This document shows, one piece after another, positions 9,210 through 16,890 of a stretch of 64,000 nucleotides of DNA. Position numbers and translations under genes: made by a program. Position 1 is the first letter of the stretch. Every line of letters begins with the position of its first letter. Source of the DNA: Patescibacteria group bacterium (lineage in GTDB: Bacteria > Patescibacteriota > Patescibacteriia > 2-01-FULL-39-33); contig JBBTQN010000016.1 of assembly GCA_038065695.1 (NCBI GenBank), positions 11,738-75,737 of the forward strand, read 5' to 3'. Under the pieces are notes generated by a model, which was not told the DNA's origin, made no database searches, and saw only the letters and a program-made list of their open reading frames with translations.

Positions 9210-9757
9210 AAAACTAAATTATTACTCACTACTTCGTACCCTCTCTTCGCCGCTTCTATATTCTTTTTTCCCACTTCGCCCTCAAATTTTTTACTAATCG
9301 CCTTTTCTACCGCTTTGAAACTGACTAAACCCGACAAGCCGGCAAAAGCGCCGACTAAAACCGTGTTAAAAATCGGCTTGCCGATGGTTTCTGTCGCAAT
9401 GTCAGTGGCAGCAATCGTTTTAATGGCCACGCCGGGCGGCGCTTTGAATTCCACCGCCGATCTTTTGGTGTTTATTAAAACGATCGTCCCTTTTTTCGCG
9501 CCCTTGAAAATTTCTACGATGTTAATTAAAGATTCATCTTGAATAATAATATAATCCGGCTCATAAATTTGCGAGCGCAACCGGATAAATTTGTCGTCAA
9601 TCCTCACATACGCCTCCACCGGCGCGCCGCGCCGCTCCACGCCGAAATTAGGAAAGGCCTGCGAAAATTTGCCGTCATAAAAAATCGCTTCCGCCAGAAG
9701 CTCGGCCATCGTAACTGACCCTTGGCCGCCACGGCCATGAATACGGATTTCTATCAT
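9206..9757 (-). CDS. porG: pyruvate/2-oxoacid:ferredoxin oxidoreductase gamma subunit
   Basis: Reads MIEIRIHGRGGQGSVTMAELLAEAIFYDGKF...FPNFGVERRGAPV. Confidence 0.9.
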   Translation of the reverse strand: MIEIRIHGRGGQGSVTMAELLAEAIFYDGKFSQAFPNFGVERRGAPVEAYVRIDDKFIRLRSQIYEPDYIIIQDESLINIVEIFKGAKKGTIVLINTKRSAVEFKAPPGVAIKTIAATDIATETIGKPIFNTVLVGAFAGLSGLVSFKAVEKAISKKFEGEVGKKNIEAAKRGYEVVSNNLVL

Positions 9758-9761
9758 AAAA

Positions 9762-10517
9762 TTATTTCAATATTTCCAACGCCTTATTTATAATCTGCTC
9801 CCACTGCTCCTTGGTCACCACGCCTTCCAGCTTGTGGCCGTTGACGAAAAAAGTCGGCGTGCCTAAAACGCCCAAAATCGTCGCGTCGTTAAAATCCTCT
9901 TGGACCGCCGGCAGATATGTCCCCTTTTTAGCACAATCGTCGTATTTTGCCAAATCCAGTCCTGAACGCTTGGCGATGTCGCGCAAAATTTCATCGGTAA
10001 AACCTTGGCTCTGCCCCAAATACATCCGGTCGTGAACCGGCCAGAATTTACCTTGCTCATTAGCGCACAAAGCCGCCGCCGCGATGGTCGGCGAATTATT
10101 ATCAATGGCCGGATAATTCCGATAAATGAAAAAAATCTGTTTTTGGTAGCGGCTGATAATTTCCCTGATAATCGGAAATTCCTCGCCAGTATGCGGACAT
10201 TGGAAATCGCCGAATTGCACAATCACCAACTTGGCTTGAGGGTTGCCAAAAGCCGGTCGGCCGGTTTTTTCCACTAATTGGCGAACGGCGCTCTTAGTTC
10301 CGCTGACGGCAAAACTGTCCAAATCAGTTGAACGAACGGCGCTCTTTCCTCCGCTGACGGTAAAATTGTCCAAATTGGTTGAATTGGCGTTGGCATTCGC
10401 CTCACCGGAAATATTTTTATTTTTTGAAGAGTTAAAAACCGCGGCGGACATAAAGCCAGCCACAAATAGAATTAAAATCACGAATAAAATTAAAAAAAAT
10501 ATTAATAATTTTTTCAT
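9762..10517 (-). CDS. DsbA/thioredoxin-fold protein with N-terminal membrane anchor; active-site variant CPHT; contains 42-bp in-frame tandem duplication
   Basis: Has an N-terminal TM segment and FGDFQCPHTGEE. A duplicated DLDSFAVSG(G/T)KSAVR unit is encoded at ~10290-10375. Confidence 0.7.
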   Translation of the reverse strand: MKKLLIFFLILFVILILFVAGFMSAAVFNSSKNKNISGEANANANSTNLDNFTVSGGKSAVRSTDLDSFAVSGTKSAVRQLVEKTGRPAFGNPQAKLVIVQFGDFQCPHTGEEFPIIREIISRYQKQIFFIYRNYPAIDNNSPTIAAAALCANEQGKFWPVHDRMYLGQSQGFTDEILRDIAKRSGLDLAKYDDCAKKGTYLPAVQEDFNDATILGVLGTPTFFVNGHKLEGVVTKEQWEQIINKALEILK

Positions 10518-10624
10518 TCCAAAAAAATATTAAAATATTGAATATTCAATATTTAAACTTGAAGTAATAAATCAATAAGATTTATCTTTATTATACCATA
10601 GGTTTATTTTTATTCCAAACATAT

Positions 10625-10652
10625 TGACTTCTTAAACCAAGTGTGATATACT
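10625..10652 (+). promoter_or_regulatory. sigma70-like promoter upstream of secG (TTGACT-16-TATACT with upstream TG)
   Basis: ttgact at 10625-10630 and tgatatact at 10644-10652. Confidence 0.5.
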
Positions 10653-10699
10653 AAAAACAAGCTGAAAATCGTATTTTTTTTCTCATCTTCAAAAAATAA

Positions 10700-10909
10700 A
10701 TGACCTTCAATATCATCCAATTAATCTTAGCCACCGCCTTAATTGTTGTCATTATTTTACAAAATCGGGGTTCGGGACTGGGCGCGGCTTTCGGCGGGGA
10801 CAGCAATGTCTATCGCACCAAACGGGGAATGGAAAAATTCCTGTTTCGGGCAACCGTCGTCATCGCGATAATTTTTTTCGTCACCGCGTTTATCAATGTC
10901 TTATATTAA
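10700..10909 (+). CDS. secG: preprotein translocase subunit SecG
   Basis: Reads LQNRGSGLGAAFGG...RTKRGMEKFL with two TM helices. Confidence 0.85.
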   Translation: MTFNIIQLILATALIVVIILQNRGSGLGAAFGGDSNVYRTKRGMEKFLFRATVVIAIIFFVTAFINVLY

Positions 10910-10939
10910 TCGTCTTTATATTAATCCGGTAAAAAAACC

Positions 10940-12772
10940 GTGAGTTTATTTTCATCTTGGGGAAAAAAGCTTTTTAGCGGCCTTTCCCAAACAAACAGAA
11001 AACTTAAACAGTTTGAAAGGCAACACCAGTTGGACAAACACCTGGTGCGTTCTTTAAATAAATCCAAATTCCTCTCTTTGAAGCAAATCAAATATTTTAC
11101 TCGCGTTCTTGACCGCCGAGAAAGCCGAAAAGTAAAATTGATTTCCGCCGTTGCCGCGATTGCCATCATCTCTCTTTTGGTAAAAATTTATTTTCTGACG
11201 ACCGTCGCCTTGCCGGCCTACGGCGGCGAGTATTCCGAAGGACTGATCGGCTCACCCCAATTCATCAACCCGATTTTAGCCCAAAGCAACGATGTGGATC
11301 TGGACATCTCCAGCTTGGTTTTCAGCGGGCTGATGCGGCAAGATAAAAACCGCCAGTTGACGCCGGACTTAGCCGACAGTTATGAAGTTTCCGACGACCA
11401 ATTGACTTATACCTTTCATCTGAAAAAAAACGTTAAATGGCACGACGGCGAACCGTTTAAAGCCGATGATGTAATTTTCACCGTCGCTTCCATCCAGGAC
11501 CCCGAATTTAAAAGTCCTTTGTCGCGAAGTTTCCGCGGCGTGGTCGCGGAAAAAATCGACGACTTCACGGTTAAATTCACTCTAAAAGAACCGTTCGCGC
11601 CTTTTTTAGGGCTTTTGACCTTTGGTATTTTGCCCGAACATTTATGGTATAATATCCCGGCCGCCAACGCCGATCTGACCGAGCTCAATAAACGGCCGAT
11701 TGGCACCGGCTCTTGGCAGTTTGAAAATCTAAAAAAAGACAAAGACGGCAATATCCGTTCCTATGCTTTAGTAAAAAATAAAGATTTTTACGGCGAGAAG
11801 CCGTATCTTAATGGAATTACTTTTAAATTTTTTGGCGATTTTCCGTCACTAGTGGAAGCAATAAAGAACAAGGATGTTTACGGCCTTTCTTATCTGCCGC
11901 GCGAATATCGCGAACAACTCAAAAAATACAAAAACATCAATTTTAATAATCTGAACCAACCCCAATACACGGCCATCTTTTTCAACCAGACCAAAAACGA
12001 CCTGCTTAAAGCCGACTATATCAGGCAGGCGCTCGCTCTCTCGGTTGACAAGCAAAAAATTCTTGACGACGTTTTCAAGTCGACCGGCAGAATTATCGAT
12101 TCTCCGACATTGCCGGGCATTGAAGATAATCCGGATATTAAAAAATATTCCTATGACCCGCAAGCGGCCAGCGCGCTCTTGGAAAAAAATGGCTGGGCAA
12201 TAATGAGCACCACGACCGAAGAAAGAGTCACTAAAAATATCAGACAAAAGAAAAATTTTCTTCTTACGATTACCTTGACGACCGTGGACCAACCGGAATA
12301 TGTCAAAACCGCCGAGCTGATCAAAAGCTTTTGGGAACAAATCGGCGTGGAGACAAAATTGAACATCGTTGACAAAGAAAAAATTCTGCCAGAAACAATC
12401 AAGCCGAGAGAATACGAGATTTTGATTTTTGGCGAAAATCTGGGCTCCGATCCGGACCCGTTCGCTTTCTGGCATTCGTCCCAAAACGAATATCCCGGTT
12501 TGAATCTGGCGATTTTTTCCGACAAAAAAGTGGATAAACTCTTGGAAGACGCGAGAAAAACCAACAATTGGGAAACTCGGAAAAAAAATTATCTGGAATT
12601 CCAAAAAATCGTCGCTGCCGAACTGCCGGCGATTTTCCTTTATAACCCGACTTACACTTACCCTCAAAACAAAGCCATCGGTGGCTTTGATTTGATCAGC
12701 ATCTCAGCGCCCGCTGACCGATTCGCCAATATAAACGAATGGTACATTAAAACAAAACGGGCGTGGAAATAA
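10940..12772 (+). CDS. ABC transporter substrate-binding protein, family 5 (Opp/Dpp-like), membrane-anchored
   Basis: An N-terminal anchor is followed by an SBP_bac_5-like region (YEVSDDQLTYTFHLKKNVKWHDGEPFKADDVIFT). Confidence 0.7.
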   Translation: MSLFSSWGKKLFSGLSQTNRKLKQFERQHQLDKHLVRSLNKSKFLSLKQIKYFTRVLDRRESRKVKLISAVAAIAIISLLVKIYFLTTVALPAYGGEYSEGLIGSPQFINPILAQSNDVDLDISSLVFSGLMRQDKNRQLTPDLADSYEVSDDQLTYTFHLKKNVKWHDGEPFKADDVIFTVASIQDPEFKSPLSRSFRGVVAEKIDDFTVKFTLKEPFAPFLGLLTFGILPEHLWYNIPAANADLTELNKRPIGTGSWQFENLKKDKDGNIRSYALVKNKDFYGEKPYLNGITFKFFGDFPSLVEAIKNKDVYGLSYLPREYREQLKKYKNINFNNLNQPQYTAIFFNQTKNDLLKADYIRQALALSVDKQKILDDVFKSTGRIIDSPTLPGIEDNPDIKKYSYDPQAASALLEKNGWAIMSTTTEERVTKNIRQKKNFLLTITLTTVDQPEYVKTAELIKSFWEQIGVETKLNIVDKEKILPETIKPREYEILIFGENLGSDPDPFAFWHSSQNEYPGLNLAIFSDKKVDKLLEDARKTNNWETRKKNYLEFQKIVAAELPAIFLYNPTYTYPQNKAIGGFDLISISAPADRFANINEWYIKTKRAWK

Positions 12773-12859
12773 CGAAGTCAAAAGTCTATAAAGTCTATAA
12801 AGTCAAAAGTTTAAAAATGACTTTGGACTTTAAGGACTTTCGACTTTAAGACTTCGTTC
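12773..12859. repeat. AT-word palindromic spacer of the 'tataaagtc/gactttata' family
   Basis: The sequence is gtcaaaagtctataaagtctataaagtcaaaagtttaaaaatgactttggactttaaggactttcgactttaagac. The same word set appears at 50461-50520, 57730-57842 and 61445-61566. Confidence 0.75.
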
Positions 12860-12944
12860 GCCGATGTGGCGGAATTTGGTAGACGCGCACGGTTCAGAGC
12901 CGTGTTCCCGCAAGGGAGTGAGAGTTCAAATCTCTCCATCGGCA
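12860..12944 (+). tRNA. tRNA-Leu (anticodon CAG), long variable arm, no encoded CCA
   Basis: Full cloverleaf read by eye: acceptor gccgatg/catcggc, anticodon loop ttCAGag, variable hairpin tcccgcaaggga and T-loop ttcaaat. Confidence 0.85.
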
Positions 12945-12960
12945 CAAAACCATCTCTCTT

Positions 12961-14919
12961 ATGGGCGCTTATCCCATAACCCTTAATCAATTAATAAAAT
13001 CTAACCAAAATAAAATGACACCAGAAAAGAACTTTCGTCCGGCAAGTTATGCCGGCCGAAGAAATTTTCGCTCAAGCGGAAAAAGCCGTTTTGACGCCTC
13101 TAAAAAAACGACTACTAACCGAAGCGACCATGGGCAAACCCCAAGCCGCCAATTTTTTCGCGGACAAAAACCAGCCGGACCGACTCAAGAAAAAAATAAA
13201 CAAAAATGGGTCGCAACGCCCCAAGTCGCCAAAAGAAGCAACGATAAAGGCGAGAGCCAAGTTTTAAAAATCATTCCGATCGGCGGCTGTGAAGAAGTCG
13301 GCCGCAATATGACTGTTTTTGAATACGGAAATGACATCGTCATCTTGGATATGGGCATCCAATTTCCGGAAGAAGACATGCCCGGCATTGATTATATTAT
13401 TCCCAACATCAACTACCTGAAAGGCAAGGAGAGAAATATCCGAGGCGTAATTTTCTCGCACGGACATCTGGACCATATCGGCGCCGCGCCAATTCTCTTG
13501 CCGAAATTGGGCAATCCGCCGGTCATCGGCCGCGACCTCACCCTCGCGATGATTAAAGAACGACTGGAAGATTATGAAAAAGGCAGCGCCAAAAAACTGA
13601 AGACCATTAATATTAGAAATATTAAAGAACGGATAAAATTGGGCGTTTTCCAAATCGGATTTTTCCAAATTGAGCATTCTATTATGGACGCAGTCGGCAT
13701 TATCCTTTTCACGCCGCGAGGCACCGTTATCCACCCAGGCGACTGGACCATGGAAAAAGACCAACGAGGCCGGCCGTTCTTGGACTACACTCACTTGAAT
13801 AAACTGCCGCGGCCGAAAATTTTGATGCTGGAAAGTTTGGGCGCGATTGATGTGAGAACCAGCGCCACTTCGGAGGAAATGAAAAAAAATATCGCAGGTC
13901 TTATCAGCGGCGCGCCGGGGCGAGTAATTATCGGGACTTTCTCTTCTCAAATTGAAAGAATCAGTTGGATTATTGACACCGCCGAAAAACTCGGCAAAAA
14001 AATCGCTTTGGACGGCTACAGCATGAAGATGAACGTGGAAATCGCCAAAAAACTGGGCTACATCAAATATCGAAAAGACGCGGTGATTAAAATCGACCAA
14101 ACCGATGATTATCCCGATAATAAAATCGTCATTTTGTGCACGGGCGCCCAAGGCGAAGGCAACGCGGTCCTCTCGCGCATTATTGAAGGCGACCATCGGA
14201 ATATAAAACTAAAAAAATCAGACACCGTCATTTTGTCTTCTTCCATCATTCCGGGAAATGAGCGCACCATCCAGCGGCTTAAAGACAATCTTTACCGCCA
14301 ATGCGACAATGTCATCCACGGCAGCGTCATGGATATCCACGTTTCCGGCCACGGCAACAAGCAGGACATCATCCACATGCTCAAATCGGTGCGTCCTGAT
14401 TATTTCATCCCCGTCTATGCCAACCACTATATGCTCAAAGAAGCGGAAAAACTCGCCCGAAATATCGGCTTTGACCCGCGGCGGATTTTCGTCCCCGACA
14501 ACGGCCAAGTAATTGAATTTGACCGGCGCGGCGGCCAGCTTACGACCAAAAAAGTGCCCGCCAGTTATGTCTTTGTCGACGGACTGGGAATTACCGACAG
14601 CAACAATGTGGTCCTTCGCGACCGGCAAATGATGGCGCAGGACGGCATGATCGTCATTATCGCGACGATTGATTCGCGAACCGGCCAGCTCATCCATAAT
14701 CCGGATTTAATTTCACGCGGCTTCGTCTACCTCAAAGAAAACAAGAAGTTGATTGAAATGACGAGGCAAAAAGTGAAAAAAATCCTTAAAGACACCGATT
14801 TAAGAACGGCGCCCGAGGATCAATATCTCAAAGATTCAATCAGAAACGAAATCGGCAAATTCTTGTACCAAAAAACCGAAAAGCGGCCGATGATCTTGCC
14901 GGTCATCATCGAAGTATAA
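12961..14919 (+). CDS. rnj: ribonuclease J (metallo-beta-lactamase/beta-CASP) with ~95-aa basic N-terminal extension
   Basis: Reads KIIPIGGCEEVGRNMTVFEYGNDIVILDMG...FSHGHLDHIGA. The RNase J domain starts ~aa 100. The true start may be a downstream Met, for example 13015. Confidence 0.85.
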   Translation: MGAYPITLNQLIKSNQNKMTPEKNFRPASYAGRRNFRSSGKSRFDASKKTTTNRSDHGQTPSRQFFRGQKPAGPTQEKNKQKWVATPQVAKRSNDKGESQVLKIIPIGGCEEVGRNMTVFEYGNDIVILDMGIQFPEEDMPGIDYIIPNINYLKGKERNIRGVIFSHGHLDHIGAAPILLPKLGNPPVIGRDLTLAMIKERLEDYEKGSAKKLKTINIRNIKERIKLGVFQIGFFQIEHSIMDAVGIILFTPRGTVIHPGDWTMEKDQRGRPFLDYTHLNKLPRPKILMLESLGAIDVRTSATSEEMKKNIAGLISGAPGRVIIGTFSSQIERISWIIDTAEKLGKKIALDGYSMKMNVEIAKKLGYIKYRKDAVIKIDQTDDYPDNKIVILCTGAQGEGNAVLSRIIEGDHRNIKLKKSDTVILSSSIIPGNERTIQRLKDNLYRQCDNVIHGSVMDIHVSGHGNKQDIIHMLKSVRPDYFIPVYANHYMLKEAEKLARNIGFDPRRIFVPDNGQVIEFDRRGGQLTTKKVPASYVFVDGLGITDSNNVVLRDRQMMAQDGMIVIIATIDSRTGQLIHNPDLISRGFVYLKENKKLIEMTRQKVKKILKDTDLRTAPEDQYLKDSIRNEIGKFLYQKTEKRPMILPVIIEV

Positions 14920-14945
14920 TAATCCGTCATAAAATTTAAACTAAT

Positions 14946-14986
14946 AAAAATCGTCCCCCACCTTTAAAGGTGGGGGACGATTTTTT
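14946..14986. terminator. bidirectional rho-independent terminator between convergent rnj and the downstream minus-strand gene
   Basis: The hairpin aaaaatcgtcccccacc-tttaaa-ggtgggggacgatttttt has A- and T-runs on both sides. Confidence 0.8.
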
Positions 14987-14996
14987 AAGGTTAAGA

Positions 14997-16034
14997 TTAC
15001 GGCTGTAAAATATCTTCCGTCCGGCCATTAATGGAAATAATCACCTTTTTGACGGTGGAAAATTGTTTCAGGGTCTGGATGATTTGGGCGCTGATCGCCG
15101 CCACGCGGCAAGAACCGCCGACTTGATACTCTAATTGCTCGTCAAAATCCGCTTTAGCCGTGCCACTCACAATCGTCACCTTTTGCAGTTTGACTCCCGG
15201 ATTAATATTCGTCTCATAACCGGCTTGCGCTTCGTCCTGGGTCAATTCGCCGGCTAAAAGAAGTTCTAAAGCGGCTTTGGCCGGCGTTTCGGTCTTAGCT
15301 ACAACCCGGTCAACCGGAAAAACTTTATTGCAAGTCATCGCCGGATCTAATTTGGTGTTATTAAAATAGATTTTTAATTTAGTCGTGTCGCCCAAGTTCA
15401 ATTTTAGCGGAACGGAAATTTTATCCGTATCCGAACCGTCCTTGGCCGAGGCCTGATAAACTTCCAAAACCACATCCGTGCTGGTCGGCGTCTTGGTTAG
15501 ATAATTTATTTCTTTGGTAAAAGCGCCGAACTGGCCCAGGTCCGGGCTTTGCGCCATCGCCGTGGAAGAAAATAAAACATCGCCGTTTCCGTCTTTCAAC
15601 CTGAAACTGACCACGCTCTCAAATACCCGGGCGATACCCTCCACTTTGAACGGCAAATTTACTTCACCGCCCGCGAAGGGATAAAAAACTGAAATGTTCT
15701 TGCCCGGCTGGCATTCATTCCTGAAATATGACCACTCTTCGCAAGCGCTGCCGTCGGAAAAAAAGCAAACGCCGTACTCGCCGCCATTGGGGTTGGTTTT
15801 AATCGTTGAATTTCCGCCTTGTTTCAAGCAAAAAGCCGAAGCAGGATTGGCGATGGCGGTGTTGCCGCAACCGGTGATAGGCATCGGCGAGACCGGGTTG
15901 CCGTGTTTGACCCATTCGCCGTTTTGGCAAAGCCAAGTGTCTTCCTCGCCGCGCAAAAAGACGAGACCGACGATGACCGCTAAAATGATAATGACCATTG
16001 ACAGCCCTAAAATAATAACGGTTTTCTTGTCCAT
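14997..16034 (-). CDS. membrane-anchored protein with DUF333-like Cys-rich domain and GerMN/Gmad2-like domains
   Basis: An N-terminal TM segment is followed by CQNGEW...CGNTAIANPASAFCLKQGG...GVCFFSDGSACEEWSYFRNEC and a C-terminal GerMN-like region. Confidence 0.5.
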   Translation of the reverse strand: MDKKTVIILGLSMVIIILAVIVGLVFLRGEEDTWLCQNGEWVKHGNPVSPMPITGCGNTAIANPASAFCLKQGGNSTIKTNPNGGEYGVCFFSDGSACEEWSYFRNECQPGKNISVFYPFAGGEVNLPFKVEGIARVFESVVSFRLKDGNGDVLFSSTAMAQSPDLGQFGAFTKEINYLTKTPTSTDVVLEVYQASAKDGSDTDKISVPLKLNLGDTTKLKIYFNNTKLDPAMTCNKVFPVDRVVAKTETPAKAALELLLAGELTQDEAQAGYETNINPGVKLQKVTIVSGTAKADFDEQLEYQVGGSCRVAAISAQIIQTLKQFSTVKKVIISINGRTEDILQP

Positions 16035-16133
16035 ATTTTTTAAGATTTTTTATTCTTTATTTCCTTAATAAAATTTAAACACATTTTATTTGTAAATTAA
16101 AATTTCATATTGGAAAAATATTTCAAAAATTTT

Positions 16134-16208
16134 TTGGCAGGGGCGGAAGGTGATGCTCCCTCGTCTGAGGTTTTGGAGACCTCCGTTCTACTGTTGAACT
16201 ACGCCCCC
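16134..16208 (-). tRNA. tRNA-Trp (anticodon CCA), encoded CCA; noncanonical D-loop (single G) and T-loop (AGCATCA)
   Basis: The minus strand reads GGGGGCG-TA-GTTC-AACAGTA-GAAC-G-GAGGT-CTCCAAA-ACCTC-AGAC-GAGGG-AGCATCA-CCTTC-CGCCCCT-G-CCA, and all four stems pair. Confidence 0.6.
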
Positions 16209-16238
16209 ATATATGGCCTAGGCCATATATTTCTTTAA

Positions 16239-16394
16239 TTATTTCGTTTCCTTGTGCGCCGTGTGCTTGCGGCAATGTTTGCAATATTTTTTCATTTCCA
16301 ATCGGTTCTTTAAAATCTTTTTATTTTTGCGGGAAAAATAATTGATTTTTTTGCAAACCGCGCACTCCATTTTGATTAAGTTTTCTTGGGACAT
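16239..16394 (-). CDS. rpmG: 50S ribosomal protein L33
   Basis: Reads MECAVCKKINYFSRKNKKILKNRLEMKKYCKHCRKHTAHKETK. The ORF track extends to 16445, but that would overlap tRNA-Thr, so the start is placed at the Met at 16394. Confidence 0.8.
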   Translation of the reverse strand: MSQENLIKMECAVCKKINYFSRKNKKILKNRLEMKKYCKHCRKHTAHKETK

Positions 16395-16418
16395 AAATAT
16401 TTTATTAATTATTCTGCA

Positions 16419-16490
16419 AGCCGACCGTCGGGATCGAACCGACAACCTACGGTTTACAAAACCGTTGCTCTACCATTGAGCTAGGTCGGC
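16419..16490 (-). tRNA. tRNA-Thr (anticodon TGT)
   Basis: Reads GCCGACC-TA-GCTC-AATGGTA-GAGC-A-ACGGT-TTTGTAA-ACCGT-AGGTT-GTCGG-TTCGATC-CCGAC-GGTCGGC-T. Confidence 0.85.
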
Positions 16491-16543
16491 AAATTTAATG
16501 GTGCCTTCCGGGTTGACCCAATGCGCCGTTTTTCTTTTTAATA

Positions 16544-16625
16544 TGGGCCGGGAGGGATTCGAACCCCCGAAGGCATAGCCAAGAGATTTACAGTCTCCCC
16601 CAGTTGACCACTTTGGTACCGACCC
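16544..16625 (-). tRNA. tRNA-Tyr (anticodon GTA), long variable arm
   Basis: Reads GGGTCGG...GACTGTAAATC...GGGGGTTCGAATCCCTCCCGGCCCA. Confidence 0.8.
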
Positions 16626-16626
16626 A

Positions 16627-16702
16627 TGGAGCCGTTGCGCGGATTTGAACCGCGGACCTACTCCTTACCATGGAGTTGCTCTACCAGCTGAGCTACAACG
16701 GC
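16627..16702 (-). tRNA. tRNA-Thr (anticodon GGT), encoded CCA
   Basis: Reads GCCGTTG-TA-GCTC-AGCTGGTA-GAGC-A-ACTCC-ATGGTAA-GGAGT-AGGTC-CGCGG-TTCAAAT-CCGCG-CAACGGC-T-CCA. Confidence 0.85.
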
Positions 16703-16862
16703 AAAATATTTTTATTTTTAAATCCAAGTTCCTGGAGTTGCTCTTCCAGGGTGGCGACAAAAGCTACGCTCGCTCGCTTTTGTCGGCGTCTCGCCTGCGC
16801 CCTTCGGGCTTGGCTCACTGCCACCCGTCGCCCTTCGGGCGACCCAGCTGAGCTACAACGGC
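16703..16862 (-). pseudogene. partial duplicate of tRNA-Thr(GGT) 5' half interrupted by a ~97-nt structured GC-rich insert
   Basis: The minus strand reads GCCGTTGTAGCTCAGCTGG, identical to tRNA nt 1-19. It continues with a hairpin-rich insert (gtcgcccgaagggcgac..., ggcgacaaaagc...gcttttgtcggc) and then TGGAAGAGCAACTCCAGG, which is 17/19 identical to tRNA nt 17-35. No anticodon arm, T-arm or acceptor strand follows. Confidence 0.7.
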
Positions 16863-16890
16863 AAAAATACACCTCCCTATTCTATCATAT

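Noticed and set aside
3176-9757. Search for a porD (delta, 2x[4Fe-4S] ferredoxin) gene in or near the por operon
   Set aside because: No ORF in any frame between 3000 and 10600 has a CxxCxxCxxxCP motif. The three genes in the porD position contain almost no Cys. porD is therefore genuinely absent from the window.
13264-14196. Long antisense ORFs (13264-14196 minus inside rnj; 46532-47509 plus inside fusA; 11849-12667 minus inside the SBP gene; 60288-60872 plus inside ftsZ; 47972-48547 plus inside fusA)
   Set aside because: Each lies opposite a gene with strong homology-level motifs. They are typical shadow ORFs with no motifs of their own.
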